Positions 17,581-25,380 of a DNA stretch of 37,257 nucleotides are shown piece after piece. The notes beneath the pieces were generated by a model that was not told the origin of the DNA, ran no database searches, and saw only the letters and a list, made by a program, of their open reading frames with translations. This stretch comes from a virus (lineage: Duplodnaviria > Caudoviricetes), in the IMG/VR virus record IMGVR_UViG_3300027804_000015, positions 1 to 37,257 of that record. One strand, 5' to 3'. The position numbers and the translations under genes are program-made. Numbering within the stretch: the first letter of the stretch is position 1; the number at the start of each line of letters is the position of its first letter.

Positions 17581-19461
17581 ATGCCATATTCAATTACCAC
17601 CAAAGACGGCATCACGATTAACAACATCCCTGATGACGTTGCGCCTGACTCCCCAGAATTAAAAGAGCGTGTTGCCCAAATCAGATTGACTGGTGGACAG
17701 GCCCAGCCTGCTGCGCCAGCAATGCCACCAGACACATTGGGCCGCCAAGTTGGTCTAGCCACGCGCCCCATGGCCCAGTCTGTATTGACTGCCGGTGGCC
17801 TGCTACCCATGGTGGTTGACCCCATGGTCAATCTTTTCAACTTAGCAGCTGGGACAAGCATCCCAACACAAACCCAAGCAGTTGAAAAAACATTGTCAGC
17901 TGTTGGTTTCCCACAACCCAGAACAGGACAAGAGCGCGTCATCCAAGATGTGGCCACTGCCGGCTATGGCACAAGTGGCCTTGCCCGTGCTGCCGGCGAA
18001 GTGGCGCCAAAGCTGCCAGGCATGGGCCGTGAGCTGGCCCAATTCTTTGCGCAAAGTCCCAAGGCCCAGACCGCGGCTGCACTGACAGCGTCAGGCGCTG
18101 GTGGAATGTTGCGTGAAGGTGGAGCGCCTCCAGCGCTTCAAGTTGGCGGTGCAATGTTGGCCGGTATGGTCGCCCCAGGTGGTCCAACACTTTCAACAAC
18201 TCAAAGAGCATTGGCAGCGCCAAGTGGCTTGGTCAAACCATTTACACAAGCAGGCCGCGAGGTGATTGTGGGCAATGTCTTAAACCGACTGGCTACAGAC
18301 CCACAACGAGCCATGCAAAACTTGCAGCAGGCCCAGCCACTTGTCCCAGGTGTTCGCGTCACGACAGCAGCTGGTGCGCGTGATCCTGGTCTTGCCGCGG
18401 CTGAGACTGCCATTCGAGGCTTGGACCAGTCTGGTGCATTCCCAAGCGTTTTGTCTTCAAATCAGCAGGCTTTGCTGGAGTCATTCCGCAGGCTTGGTGG
18501 CCGCGGTGGCGATGTGACAATGCCTGGCTCTATTCCTTATGCTGAAGCAAAACGTGCTGGCATCACAGGCCCATTGCGTGAATCGGCATTTGCTAATAAG
18601 CAGCCAGTGAGCGTATTACCAATTGCTGATGCCATCTCAAGCATCATGGCCAACCCAGCAACGCAACGCAAAACAGTCGATGAGGCGATGGGCTATGTCA
18701 ACAACCTATTGGCCAAACGTATTGACCCAGAGACTGGAACAATTGACCCCATGGCTTTGTACAGTGTCAGAAAAGACATCACAGATGCCATGGCCGGCAA
18801 ATTGTCTGGTGAGCAAGCCAATTTGCGTCTAGCCAAAGGTCAGCTGGCCGAACTGCTGCCAATCATTGACAACGTCATCGAATCTGGCGCCCCAGGCTTT
18901 AAGAACTATATGCAGAAGTTTGAAAAGTCATCAAGCGCCATTGACCAAATGAAAATTATGCAGGGCATCGAGGCACAAGTCACAACTGGCCAACCCAACC
19001 TGATGACGGGTGAGCCGGTCTTGGCTGCTGGCGCTTTGCGCAGACAACTGGCCACCAAAGCAGAAGAAATTGGCGCCCAATTGTCACCGCCTGCACAGCG
19101 CAGACTAGACAACATTATTGATGAGATCAATCGTGGTCAGGCTGCAACTGCGCCAGGCGTGAAGGCGCCAGGTTCTAACACGTTCCAGAACATGAGCATG
19201 GGCAATCTGATTGGCCGAGTGTTCAGTGAGTCCATGGCTGACAACACGACACTGCGCACCATGACAAGGCCGCTGGACTTTTTGTATAAATTGCCTGATC
19301 AGCAGATTCAGCAACTTCTTGTTGAGGCTATGCTTGACCCCAAGCTGGCAGCCATGATGATGGGCAAGGCCAACATAATGAAGGTCGAGCCATTGGCCCA
19401 GTCACTGCGCAAAAAGGCTGAACAACTTGGATTTGGCGCTGCTATTGGCGCACAGGAGTAA
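17581..19461 (+). CDS. Probable large DNA ejection protein
   Basis: 626 aa, helical Ala-rich, with an N-terminal MPYSITTKDGITINNIPDD module. Confidence 0.7.
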   Translation: MPYSITTKDGITINNIPDDVAPDSPELKERVAQIRLTGGQAQPAAPAMPPDTLGRQVGLATRPMAQSVLTAGGLLPMVVDPMVNLFNLAAGTSIPTQTQAVEKTLSAVGFPQPRTGQERVIQDVATAGYGTSGLARAAGEVAPKLPGMGRELAQFFAQSPKAQTAAALTASGAGGMLREGGAPPALQVGGAMLAGMVAPGGPTLSTTQRALAAPSGLVKPFTQAGREVIVGNVLNRLATDPQRAMQNLQQAQPLVPGVRVTTAAGARDPGLAAAETAIRGLDQSGAFPSVLSSNQQALLESFRRLGGRGGDVTMPGSIPYAEAKRAGITGPLRESAFANKQPVSVLPIADAISSIMANPATQRKTVDEAMGYVNNLLAKRIDPETGTIDPMALYSVRKDITDAMAGKLSGEQANLRLAKGQLAELLPIIDNVIESGAPGFKNYMQKFEKSSSAIDQMKIMQGIEAQVTTGQPNLMTGEPVLAAGALRRQLATKAEEIGAQLSPPAQRRLDNIIDEINRGQAATAPGVKAPGSNTFQNMSMGNLIGRVFSESMADNTTLRTMTRPLDFLYKLPDQQIQQLLVEAMLDPKLAAMMMGKANIMKVEPLAQSLRKKAEQLGFGAAIGAQE

Positions 19462-19463
19462 TC

Positions 19464-21065
19464 ATGGCAGGCTTACTTGATGAAGAGGATTTGATGCCGT
19501 TTTTCGGAAATCCCAACATTCAACGCCAAGGTGCAAGGGCAAGAGCATTGGCTGCAAAGCGCGATGTCAATACACTGCCAGACCCAAAGACCTATGCCGC
19601 TGTGCAGGGTTTACTTGGTACTGCCCCAGACCAAATGGGATTCAGTGTTTTGAATCCAAATTACCAAGCGATCATGGATGTGGCCAAGCCGTCTTATGGA
19701 CTTGGTATTTTGGCGCAGATGTCGCCAATCCTTGCACCATTGACAAAAGGCATGCCTGTTGGTGCAACTATTAAAGATGTAGGCGGGTTTTTAAATAAGC
19801 GTGTTCCATCTCAATTTGTGCCTAATGTTGAAGCAGGCAAAGAAATGATTGTTCATCACAACATCAGCCCACAGAAATTAGCAAATGTAGAAAAAGTTGG
19901 TGGAATGCCAGTGCCATCAATTGCGGTGTCTAACGTAGAAAATCCAATGCTGAATTTTGGCGATATTTCTTTGATTGGTCCAAAGGAAATGGCTGTTCCA
20001 TCTGCCAAGAATCCTGTTTATGGGTTTGATGCGTACACAGCAAGAGCGCCAAAAATTGACTATGAAATTGACCCGAAGTCTGCAAAAAACCTTAAAGCTA
20101 TGTTTTCAGATGTTGCAGATGATGTAGGTGATTACAGGATGGGTCAGCTCACGCAGAACTGGAGTGATCGCCAATATTCAGAGCCAATGATGGCTAAATT
20201 CCTTAAAGAAAAAGGCGTTTTGCCAGATAGAAAAGACTTTGATGCTGATTGGAAATTTTCACAGGCTTTAAGTGATGGCGTTTACAACCTTAAATCTGAA
20301 TATGGCGACTGGCTTAATTCATTTAATAATAGGTTGCCTGATGCTGGTGTAAATATTAAAGAGCGTATTTTTAAAGGATATACAGATTCTGGGAACAGAA
20401 GATATGCCCCTGCAACATTAGAAAATCTTGTCAAAGAGATGAAAGGTGGCGCTGGTTCAGAGGGGTTCATGTATGGTGTTGGAAACATTAGGGCTGTTGC
20501 AACACCTAAATTTAAGAGCTTGAATCAAGTTAAAGCAGCTAGAGAAAGCATCATCACACCTGAGAAATTTGAGCCAATTAAAAAACAAATTGACAGCGCG
20601 TTTAATGATTTAACTGACCGACTTGGAAAACTTGAAGGTTTATCTGGCTATCGTTATGACGCGCCAGATGCGCTATATGAGATTGGTCAAACAAGAAATG
20701 TAAATTTGCTAGACAAAATTTATAAAGATGTTCCACAGGCATTAAAGGCTGATGTTCAAGTGTTTATGAACAAACTGCGCGAAATGCCAACAGAATATTT
20801 TGAAATCAAACCGCAACGCGCTGTTCAAGTTGGTGAATTTAAAGGTGCAATTTTGCCATCTACTGTTCCAAAACAGTCTGTTGAATATTTAAGAAATCAA
20901 GGTTTGAAAGACCTTTATTACTATTCAACACCTGAAGAACGAAAAGAACTGTTCAAGAAATTTGGTCCAGAAATGTTTGCTGCTGTTCCAGCATTGCCAT
21001 TAGGCTCTGGATTATTTGATCAAGAAGAAAATCAAACAATACTTAGTGGTTTACTTGGAAAGTAA
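19464..21065 (+). CDS. Probable virion-delivered protein with a polyvalent-protein-type domain
   Basis: 533 aa; HHNIS...GGMPVPSIAV...FGDISLI...YFEIKPQRAV; more AT-rich than its neighbours; last gene of the late operon. Confidence 0.6.
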   Translation: MAGLLDEEDLMPFFGNPNIQRQGARARALAAKRDVNTLPDPKTYAAVQGLLGTAPDQMGFSVLNPNYQAIMDVAKPSYGLGILAQMSPILAPLTKGMPVGATIKDVGGFLNKRVPSQFVPNVEAGKEMIVHHNISPQKLANVEKVGGMPVPSIAVSNVENPMLNFGDISLIGPKEMAVPSAKNPVYGFDAYTARAPKIDYEIDPKSAKNLKAMFSDVADDVGDYRMGQLTQNWSDRQYSEPMMAKFLKEKGVLPDRKDFDADWKFSQALSDGVYNLKSEYGDWLNSFNNRLPDAGVNIKERIFKGYTDSGNRRYAPATLENLVKEMKGGAGSEGFMYGVGNIRAVATPKFKSLNQVKAARESIITPEKFEPIKKQIDSAFNDLTDRLGKLEGLSGYRYDAPDALYEIGQTRNVNLLDKIYKDVPQALKADVQVFMNKLREMPTEYFEIKPQRAVQVGEFKGAILPSTVPKQSVEYLRNQGLKDLYYYSTPEERKELFKKFGPEMFAAVPALPLGSGLFDQEENQTILSGLLGK

Positions 21066-21155
21066 AACTCCAAGAACAAAGCCAACAATTAAGGTAAATA
21101 CAGGATGCTTCAAAAAGCGCCCTGTAAACCAAGCATCAATAAATTTATCAATCAT
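21051..21155 (-). CDS. 34-aa membrane peptide
   Basis: MIDKFIDAWFTGRFLKHPVFTLIVGFVLGVLLSK; ATGA overlap with 21152-21544. Confidence 0.5.
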   Translation of the reverse strand: MIDKFIDAWFTGRFLKHPVFTLIVGFVLGVLLSK

Positions 21156-21544
21156 TTCACACCCCCAAAAAACATTGCAGTTAATGGGTCGCGTTTCACG
21201 ACCCGTCTTTTCTGTCTACGTCTGGCAGCGTCAAAGTCTTTATCGTCTGCACTCATCTTGTCGCGGTACTTTTTAATGCGCTCAGACCCTGGCACTGGCC
21301 CAGGCGCTATGGCATCTTCACCATCACCCCAAGACCACAGAGGCCGCCACTGGCCATTGGCATGGACCTTGGTGTGTCCTGAGATGTGGACCAGACCATG
21401 GCGGTGCAAGTCAAACAGGATTCGCGCTGCACTGCGCCTGGCACAAAAGCACAGCTTGGCCAAGTCCACATCAGACAGATTGCCTTTCTTCTGGAGCGCT
21501 GCCTCAATGGCAGGCTCTACACGGGGCTTTAAGCCTCTGGCCAT
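21152..21544 (-). CDS. Winged-HTH-like DNA-binding protein
   Basis: LSDVDLAKLCFCARRSAARILFDLHRHGLVHISG and a basic C-terminus. Confidence 0.6.
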   Translation of the reverse strand: MARGLKPRVEPAIEAALQKKGNLSDVDLAKLCFCARRSAARILFDLHRHGLVHISGHTKVHANGQWRPLWSWGDGEDAIAPGPVPGSERIKKYRDKMSADDKDFDAARRRQKRRVVKRDPLTAMFFGGVK

Positions 21545-21711
21545 GTGCTGGTCTCCATTCGGGCTTTCAAGCGCTCCAGCATTGTTTTGACCACATATGC
21601 GTGTGTTCTCACATCCTTGTTGATGGCATATCCATAAATCTCTGGATCGACCATGGAGCTGACCAGGTCGAGGCAGGCCTCAAGGGCCAAGGGCAATTCT
21701 TTATCGGTCAT
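21529..21711 (-). CDS. Hypothetical protein
   Basis: 60-aa ORF overlapping its neighbours in the leftward operon. Confidence 0.6.
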   Translation of the reverse strand: MTDKELPLALEACLDLVSSMVDPEIYGYAINKDVRTHAYVVKTMLERLKARMETSTWPEA

Positions 21712-21976
21712 TTAACTTCTCCAGCGCAGAGACTTCAATGTGGTCCACCAGGCTTTGCAGAATCATGTGGGCAATGTCTACATCAGTGCCAGCGATGTAT
21801 GCGTTATTGAGGGTCATGCACTCTTCAAAGTCAGGCTCATAAGGTGCGCCAAGTGAATCTGTCGAGCCTTTTTCGGCTGGGCTGTATTCCAAGAAGCATG
21901 TCAGCTCGACATCTTCAATGATGGCTTTGAACTCAAAGAGGTCTTTGGGACAGGCGGGTGTTGATGGGTACTGCAT
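21701..21976 (-). CDS. Acidic hypothetical protein
   Basis: MQYPSTPACPKDLFEF... with GGAGG upstream. Confidence 0.65.
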   Translation of the reverse strand: MQYPSTPACPKDLFEFKAIIEDVELTCFLEYSPAEKGSTDSLGAPYEPDFEECMTLNNAYIAGTDVDIAHMILQSLVDHIEVSALEKLNDR

Positions 21977-21978
21977 GA

Positions 21979-22071
21979 TCAGCCCCTCCAAGCCAGCATC
22001 ACGCCAATGCCACCAAAAATAATGATGGCCAAGGTCCATTCAATTAAGGCGGTAATGATTTTCTGTTTCAT
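21979..22071 (-). CDS. 30-aa membrane peptide
   Basis: MKQKIITALIEWTLAIIIFGGIGVMLAWRG; first gene after the leftward promoter. Confidence 0.5.
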   Translation of the reverse strand: MKQKIITALIEWTLAIIIFGGIGVMLAWRG

Positions 22072-22104
22072 CGGTTTCTTTCGTTTAAGTTAGACAGTAG
22101 TAAC

Positions 22105-22182
22105 ATTCTAAGACACAAATAAATTATGTTGCAAGAAGTAATTCTGTCCATGTTGTTTTTTTACATATAGCGCAATTAGAAT
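22105..22182. promoter_or_regulatory. Divergent sigma70-like promoters
   Basis: Minus strand TTGCAA (22134-22129) N18 TAGAAT (22110-22105); plus strand TTGTTT (22153) N18 TAGAAT (22177-22182). Confidence 0.55.
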
Positions 22183-22188
22183 GCGGTC

Positions 22189-22389
22189 ATGCAATCAATT
22201 CACGACATCAAGGCAAAGGCCAAGGCTCACAAGATCACCATGGCTGCGGTGTGCAATGAGGCTGGCATCCAACAGTCCCAGGTGAGCCGATGGCTATCTG
22301 GGACTGTTGAGCCACTCTGGACATCAGTCAATCAATTGCACTTGGCCCTTGAGAAACTGATCGACAGATCACCAGTCGCTATCGACTGA
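22189..22389 (+). CDS. Cro/XRE-family HTH regulator
   Basis: ITMAAVCNEAGIQQSQVSRWLSGTVEP helix-turn-helix. Confidence 0.8.
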   Translation: MQSIHDIKAKAKAHKITMAAVCNEAGIQQSQVSRWLSGTVEPLWTSVNQLHLALEKLIDRSPVAID

Positions 22390-22938
22390 CTCGGCCACAG
22401 GTGCAGAGCCTTTACCTGCCACCACACCAAAATCACTGGCCGCTGATGGCTTTGCACCACCAAGCGAGTCACCCTTACTTAAAAGCATGATGTTGTTGAG
22501 GCCATACGACACGCCCTTGTTGCCTGCCTGGTCATAGGCATAAGCATTGAGACTCACCCTGCCATAGTCGCCAGAGACAATATCTTGTGATCCAAGAATG
22601 TCATGGCCATGGGCATCCACTGCACCAGGCTTATTGGTGCTTTTGGTGTTGAAAAAGTAATGGCCTGCATACTCAGCCCCCAGTGGTGATCCATCAGATT
22701 TCACTTCAGTGTCGCCATCACGCAAGGGATTGCGAACAGTTTTGGGAATCTTGTCCCCAAACTTGGCGGTCAATGCGGCCTTGGCTGCCGCTTTCAATTG
22801 GCTCACAGTATCAAGGTCTGTCTTAGGGACAAGCACTTGCGTTGAGAACTCTTCTTTCCCGTTCATTTCATTCTTGCGAGCAGTCAAGGCGCTGAAGTAT
22901 GAGAAACGAACTCTTCCGGTTACGACTCTGGTTGACAT
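22369..22938 (-). CDS. ssb: Single-stranded DNA-binding protein (T7 gp2.5 / DUF2815-like)
   Basis: VRFSY, PLRDGD, GNKGVSYGLNNI motifs; acidic tail ending in an aromatic residue (DSDW). Confidence 0.85.
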   Translation of the reverse strand: MSTRVVTGRVRFSYFSALTARKNEMNGKEEFSTQVLVPKTDLDTVSQLKAAAKAALTAKFGDKIPKTVRNPLRDGDTEVKSDGSPLGAEYAGHYFFNTKSTNKPGAVDAHGHDILGSQDIVSGDYGRVSLNAYAYDQAGNKGVSYGLNNIMLLSKGDSLGGAKPSAASDFGVVAGKGSAPVAESVDSDW

Positions 22939-22992
22939 GGTTTTTTCCTTTTAAAGGTTTAAGGGTTTTACGTTTCTGTCGTTAAACAGAAA

Positions 22993-23024
22993 TTGCACTT
23001 TAGCACAAATCGTATATGATGCAA
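22993..23024. promoter_or_regulatory. Overlapping divergent promoters between ssb and helicase
   Basis: Plus strand TTGCAC N16 TATGAT (22993-23020); minus strand TTGCAT N16 TAAAGT (23024-22997). Confidence 0.45.
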
Positions 23025-23048
23025 ATAACTTAAAACGAGGAAACCGAA

Positions 23049-24278
23049 ATGCAGTTATTCCCCCACCAGCAAGAGGCAAAGCTCTTCTTGCTGTCCAGGC
23101 GCAGGGCCATACTGGCCGACCAGCCACGGGTTGGCAAGACGCTACCCACAGCAGCTGCTGCACTTGAAAACCTACCCGCCCTCATCGTCTGCCCAGCCAT
23201 TGCCAAGACAGTCTGGGAGTCTGCCTTTGCTAGGTTGGCGCCCAATGTCTCAGTGAATGTGGTCAATGGAAAACGCGAGGCTTCAGAGCCAAATTCTGCC
23301 GATGTGACCATCATCAACTACGATGTTTTGCAGTATGGCATTACGAATGTGGACAGATATAACACTCTAGTCTTGGATGAGTGCCACAGGCTGGCCAACC
23401 CAAAGGCAAAACGCACCAAGGCCGCAATGCTCGCTATGAAAAAGATTGACTATGTCTTTGCACTCAGCGGCACTATCGTGCCAAATCGCCCAGCTGAACT
23501 GTGGCCCATCTTGCACGGCCTTGGCATCTATCGTGGCGGCTGGTTTGACTTTGTCTACCGATACGCAAAAGCATGGAGTCCACCATGGGGCGGCCTTGAT
23601 GTGTCTGGCGCGTCAAACATTCCAGAGCTGAAAGCCATGGTCAAGCCCCATATGCTCAGACGCAAAAAGGAAGACATCTTTATGGACTACAAAGAGCCAC
23701 AAGTGAGCCTGATCACCTTTGATTTGGCAGTGGACAAAAGAGAGCAGTCATTCGATGCTGACGCATTGGTGGCCAATCCCAATGCGCTACTGGCCTTTGA
23801 AGGCTTGTCAGAGATCATGCGCGAAGCTGGCATCAGGAAAGCCCCATTGGCCATTGAATTCATTGCCGACTTGCTCAATTCTGACGAGCCAGTGGTGGTG
23901 TTTGCCCATCACAAAGAGGTGGTGGCCATGCTCAATGATGGCCTCAAAGAACACAAACCCGTCATGGTGGTGGGTGACACGCCCAAGGCCCAGCGCCAAA
24001 AGAACATTGACGCATTCCAGTCCGGCAAGACCAAGTGCTTTATCGGAAACATTGGGTCATGCGGTGAGGGCATTGACTTGTCAGCTGCTGACACAATTGT
24101 CTTTGTCGAGCCAACTTGGCAGACCAGCGCATTGGAGCAGGCCAGCAGCCGAGTCGAAAACATCAACAAAAATGGCATGAAGCCCTTGATTTATCTGCTG
24201 ACAGTCAGGGCATCACTGGATCACACCATTCTTGGCAAAGTGATCGCCAAGCAGAAAATCATTTCACAAATCATTTAA
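23049..24278 (+). CDS. SNF2-like superfamily 2 helicase
   Basis: LADQPRVGKT, LDECH, LSGT, GEGIDL and EQASSR motifs; GAGGA RBS. Confidence 0.9.
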   Translation: MQLFPHQQEAKLFLLSRRRAILADQPRVGKTLPTAAAALENLPALIVCPAIAKTVWESAFARLAPNVSVNVVNGKREASEPNSADVTIINYDVLQYGITNVDRYNTLVLDECHRLANPKAKRTKAAMLAMKKIDYVFALSGTIVPNRPAELWPILHGLGIYRGGWFDFVYRYAKAWSPPWGGLDVSGASNIPELKAMVKPHMLRRKKEDIFMDYKEPQVSLITFDLAVDKREQSFDADALVANPNALLAFEGLSEIMREAGIRKAPLAIEFIADLLNSDEPVVVFAHHKEVVAMLNDGLKEHKPVMVVGDTPKAQRQKNIDAFQSGKTKCFIGNIGSCGEGIDLSAADTIVFVEPTWQTSALEQASSRVENINKNGMKPLIYLLTVRASLDHTILGKVIAKQKIISQII

Positions 24279-24291
24279 CCAGGAGAAAACC

Positions 24292-25299
24292 ATGCAACAC
24301 GAAACCAGAGCACACGCCCGACTCTCTGCATCACGCACAGATCGGTTCATGCAATGCCCAGGCAGTTATCGGCTCGAATCCCTCATGCCCTATGAGCCAG
24401 CAGGCGAAGCGGCTGCTATTGGCACTGCCATCCATGAACTGTCAGAGATCATTCTGACTGGCAAAGAAATTCCAGCTGGCACTGATCCGGACCATGTGGC
24501 CATGGCCCAAGGCTATGCCGACTTTGTCAACACGCTGGTGGAAAACCCCAGAAAGAAGCTCATCGAAGTCAATCTGGATGAGGGTTTGAAGTCTTTGCAC
24601 CCAGCGCTTGGTGGGACTGCCGATGCAGTCCTGGTCGATGGCAACCATCTCCATGTCATTGATCTGAAGACTGGCCGTGTGGCTGTTGACGCAAATGACA
24701 ACAAGCAGCTGCTGACCTATGCCCTTGGCGCTATGCGCCAGCTCAAGGCGCCAAACACCATCGAATGCACCATGCACATATTCCAGCCCCGTGTGGGCCA
24801 CAGCAAGTGGACAGTGTCTGGCCTGCGTCTGGAGCTTCACGGCAGGCGCTTGCAGTCGGCAGCCGAGCTGGCGCTCTCAGGCGATGCACCTACAAACCCC
24901 TCTCCCGATGCCTGCCGTTATTGCAAGGCCAAGACCATTTGTCCATCCATGCGTGAGAAGGTCCAAGAGACCGCCAGAAGTGATTTCAAGCCTGACACCA
25001 CTGTTACCCCTGAGATGCTCGATGACGCGGCTCTGGTGACCGCATGGGCCGATGCGGTGCAGTCTGCTGCCAAGGCCCAACTGCTTGACGGCAAATCGAT
25101 TCAAGGCTGGACCATGCGCATGGGTCGCAAGACCAAATTCTGGAAAGATGAGGCACTGGTCCAAGAAGCATTCAAAGATATGCTGATCGCATGGGAACTC
25201 AAAAGCCCCAGTGCTGTCTTAAAACTCGGTGTCGAGGTTTCCGAAGACCTAGTCGGTGAGAAGGTGGCTGCGGCCAGCCTAGTCAGGTCCAAGGAATAG
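24292..25299 (+). CDS. PD-(D/E)xK nuclease, Cas4-like/DUF2800
   Basis: HARLSAS...CPGS, GTAIH, GTADAV...IDLKTG, QLLTYA, CRYC....C. Confidence 0.85.
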   Translation: MQHETRAHARLSASRTDRFMQCPGSYRLESLMPYEPAGEAAAIGTAIHELSEIILTGKEIPAGTDPDHVAMAQGYADFVNTLVENPRKKLIEVNLDEGLKSLHPALGGTADAVLVDGNHLHVIDLKTGRVAVDANDNKQLLTYALGAMRQLKAPNTIECTMHIFQPRVGHSKWTVSGLRLELHGRRLQSAAELALSGDAPTNPSPDACRYCKAKTICPSMREKVQETARSDFKPDTTVTPEMLDDAALVTAWADAVQSAAKAQLLDGKSIQGWTMRMGRKTKFWKDEALVQEAFKDMLIAWELKSPSAVLKLGVEVSEDLVGEKVAAASLVRSKE

Positions 25300-25314
25300 A
25301 ATCCAATCCCTGCC

Positions 25315-25353
25315 AAAAGAAAAGACCTGATAGCGCGTAAACACTACCAGGTC
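25315..25353 (-). terminator. Terminator-like hairpin on the antisense strand
   Basis: Minus strand reads GACCTGGTAGTG-TTTACG-CGCTATCAGGTC-TTTTCTTTT, a 12-bp stem including G:U pairs. Confidence 0.55.
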
Positions 25354-25380
25354 AAAAGTCAACTCAATGGCAACCTACAA

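Noticed and set aside
17298-17957. Long antisense ORFs such as 17298-17957, 2288-2872 and 35159-35641
   Set aside because: They lie opposite well-supported genes and are expected from codon bias.
21016-21590. Plus-strand ORFs 21016-21276 and 21105-21590
   Set aside because: Shadows of the coupled minus-strand operon, with no recognisable motifs.
24292-25299. Cas4 as part of a CRISPR system
   Set aside because: No array or other cas genes; solo Cas4-like nucleases are common in phage replication modules.
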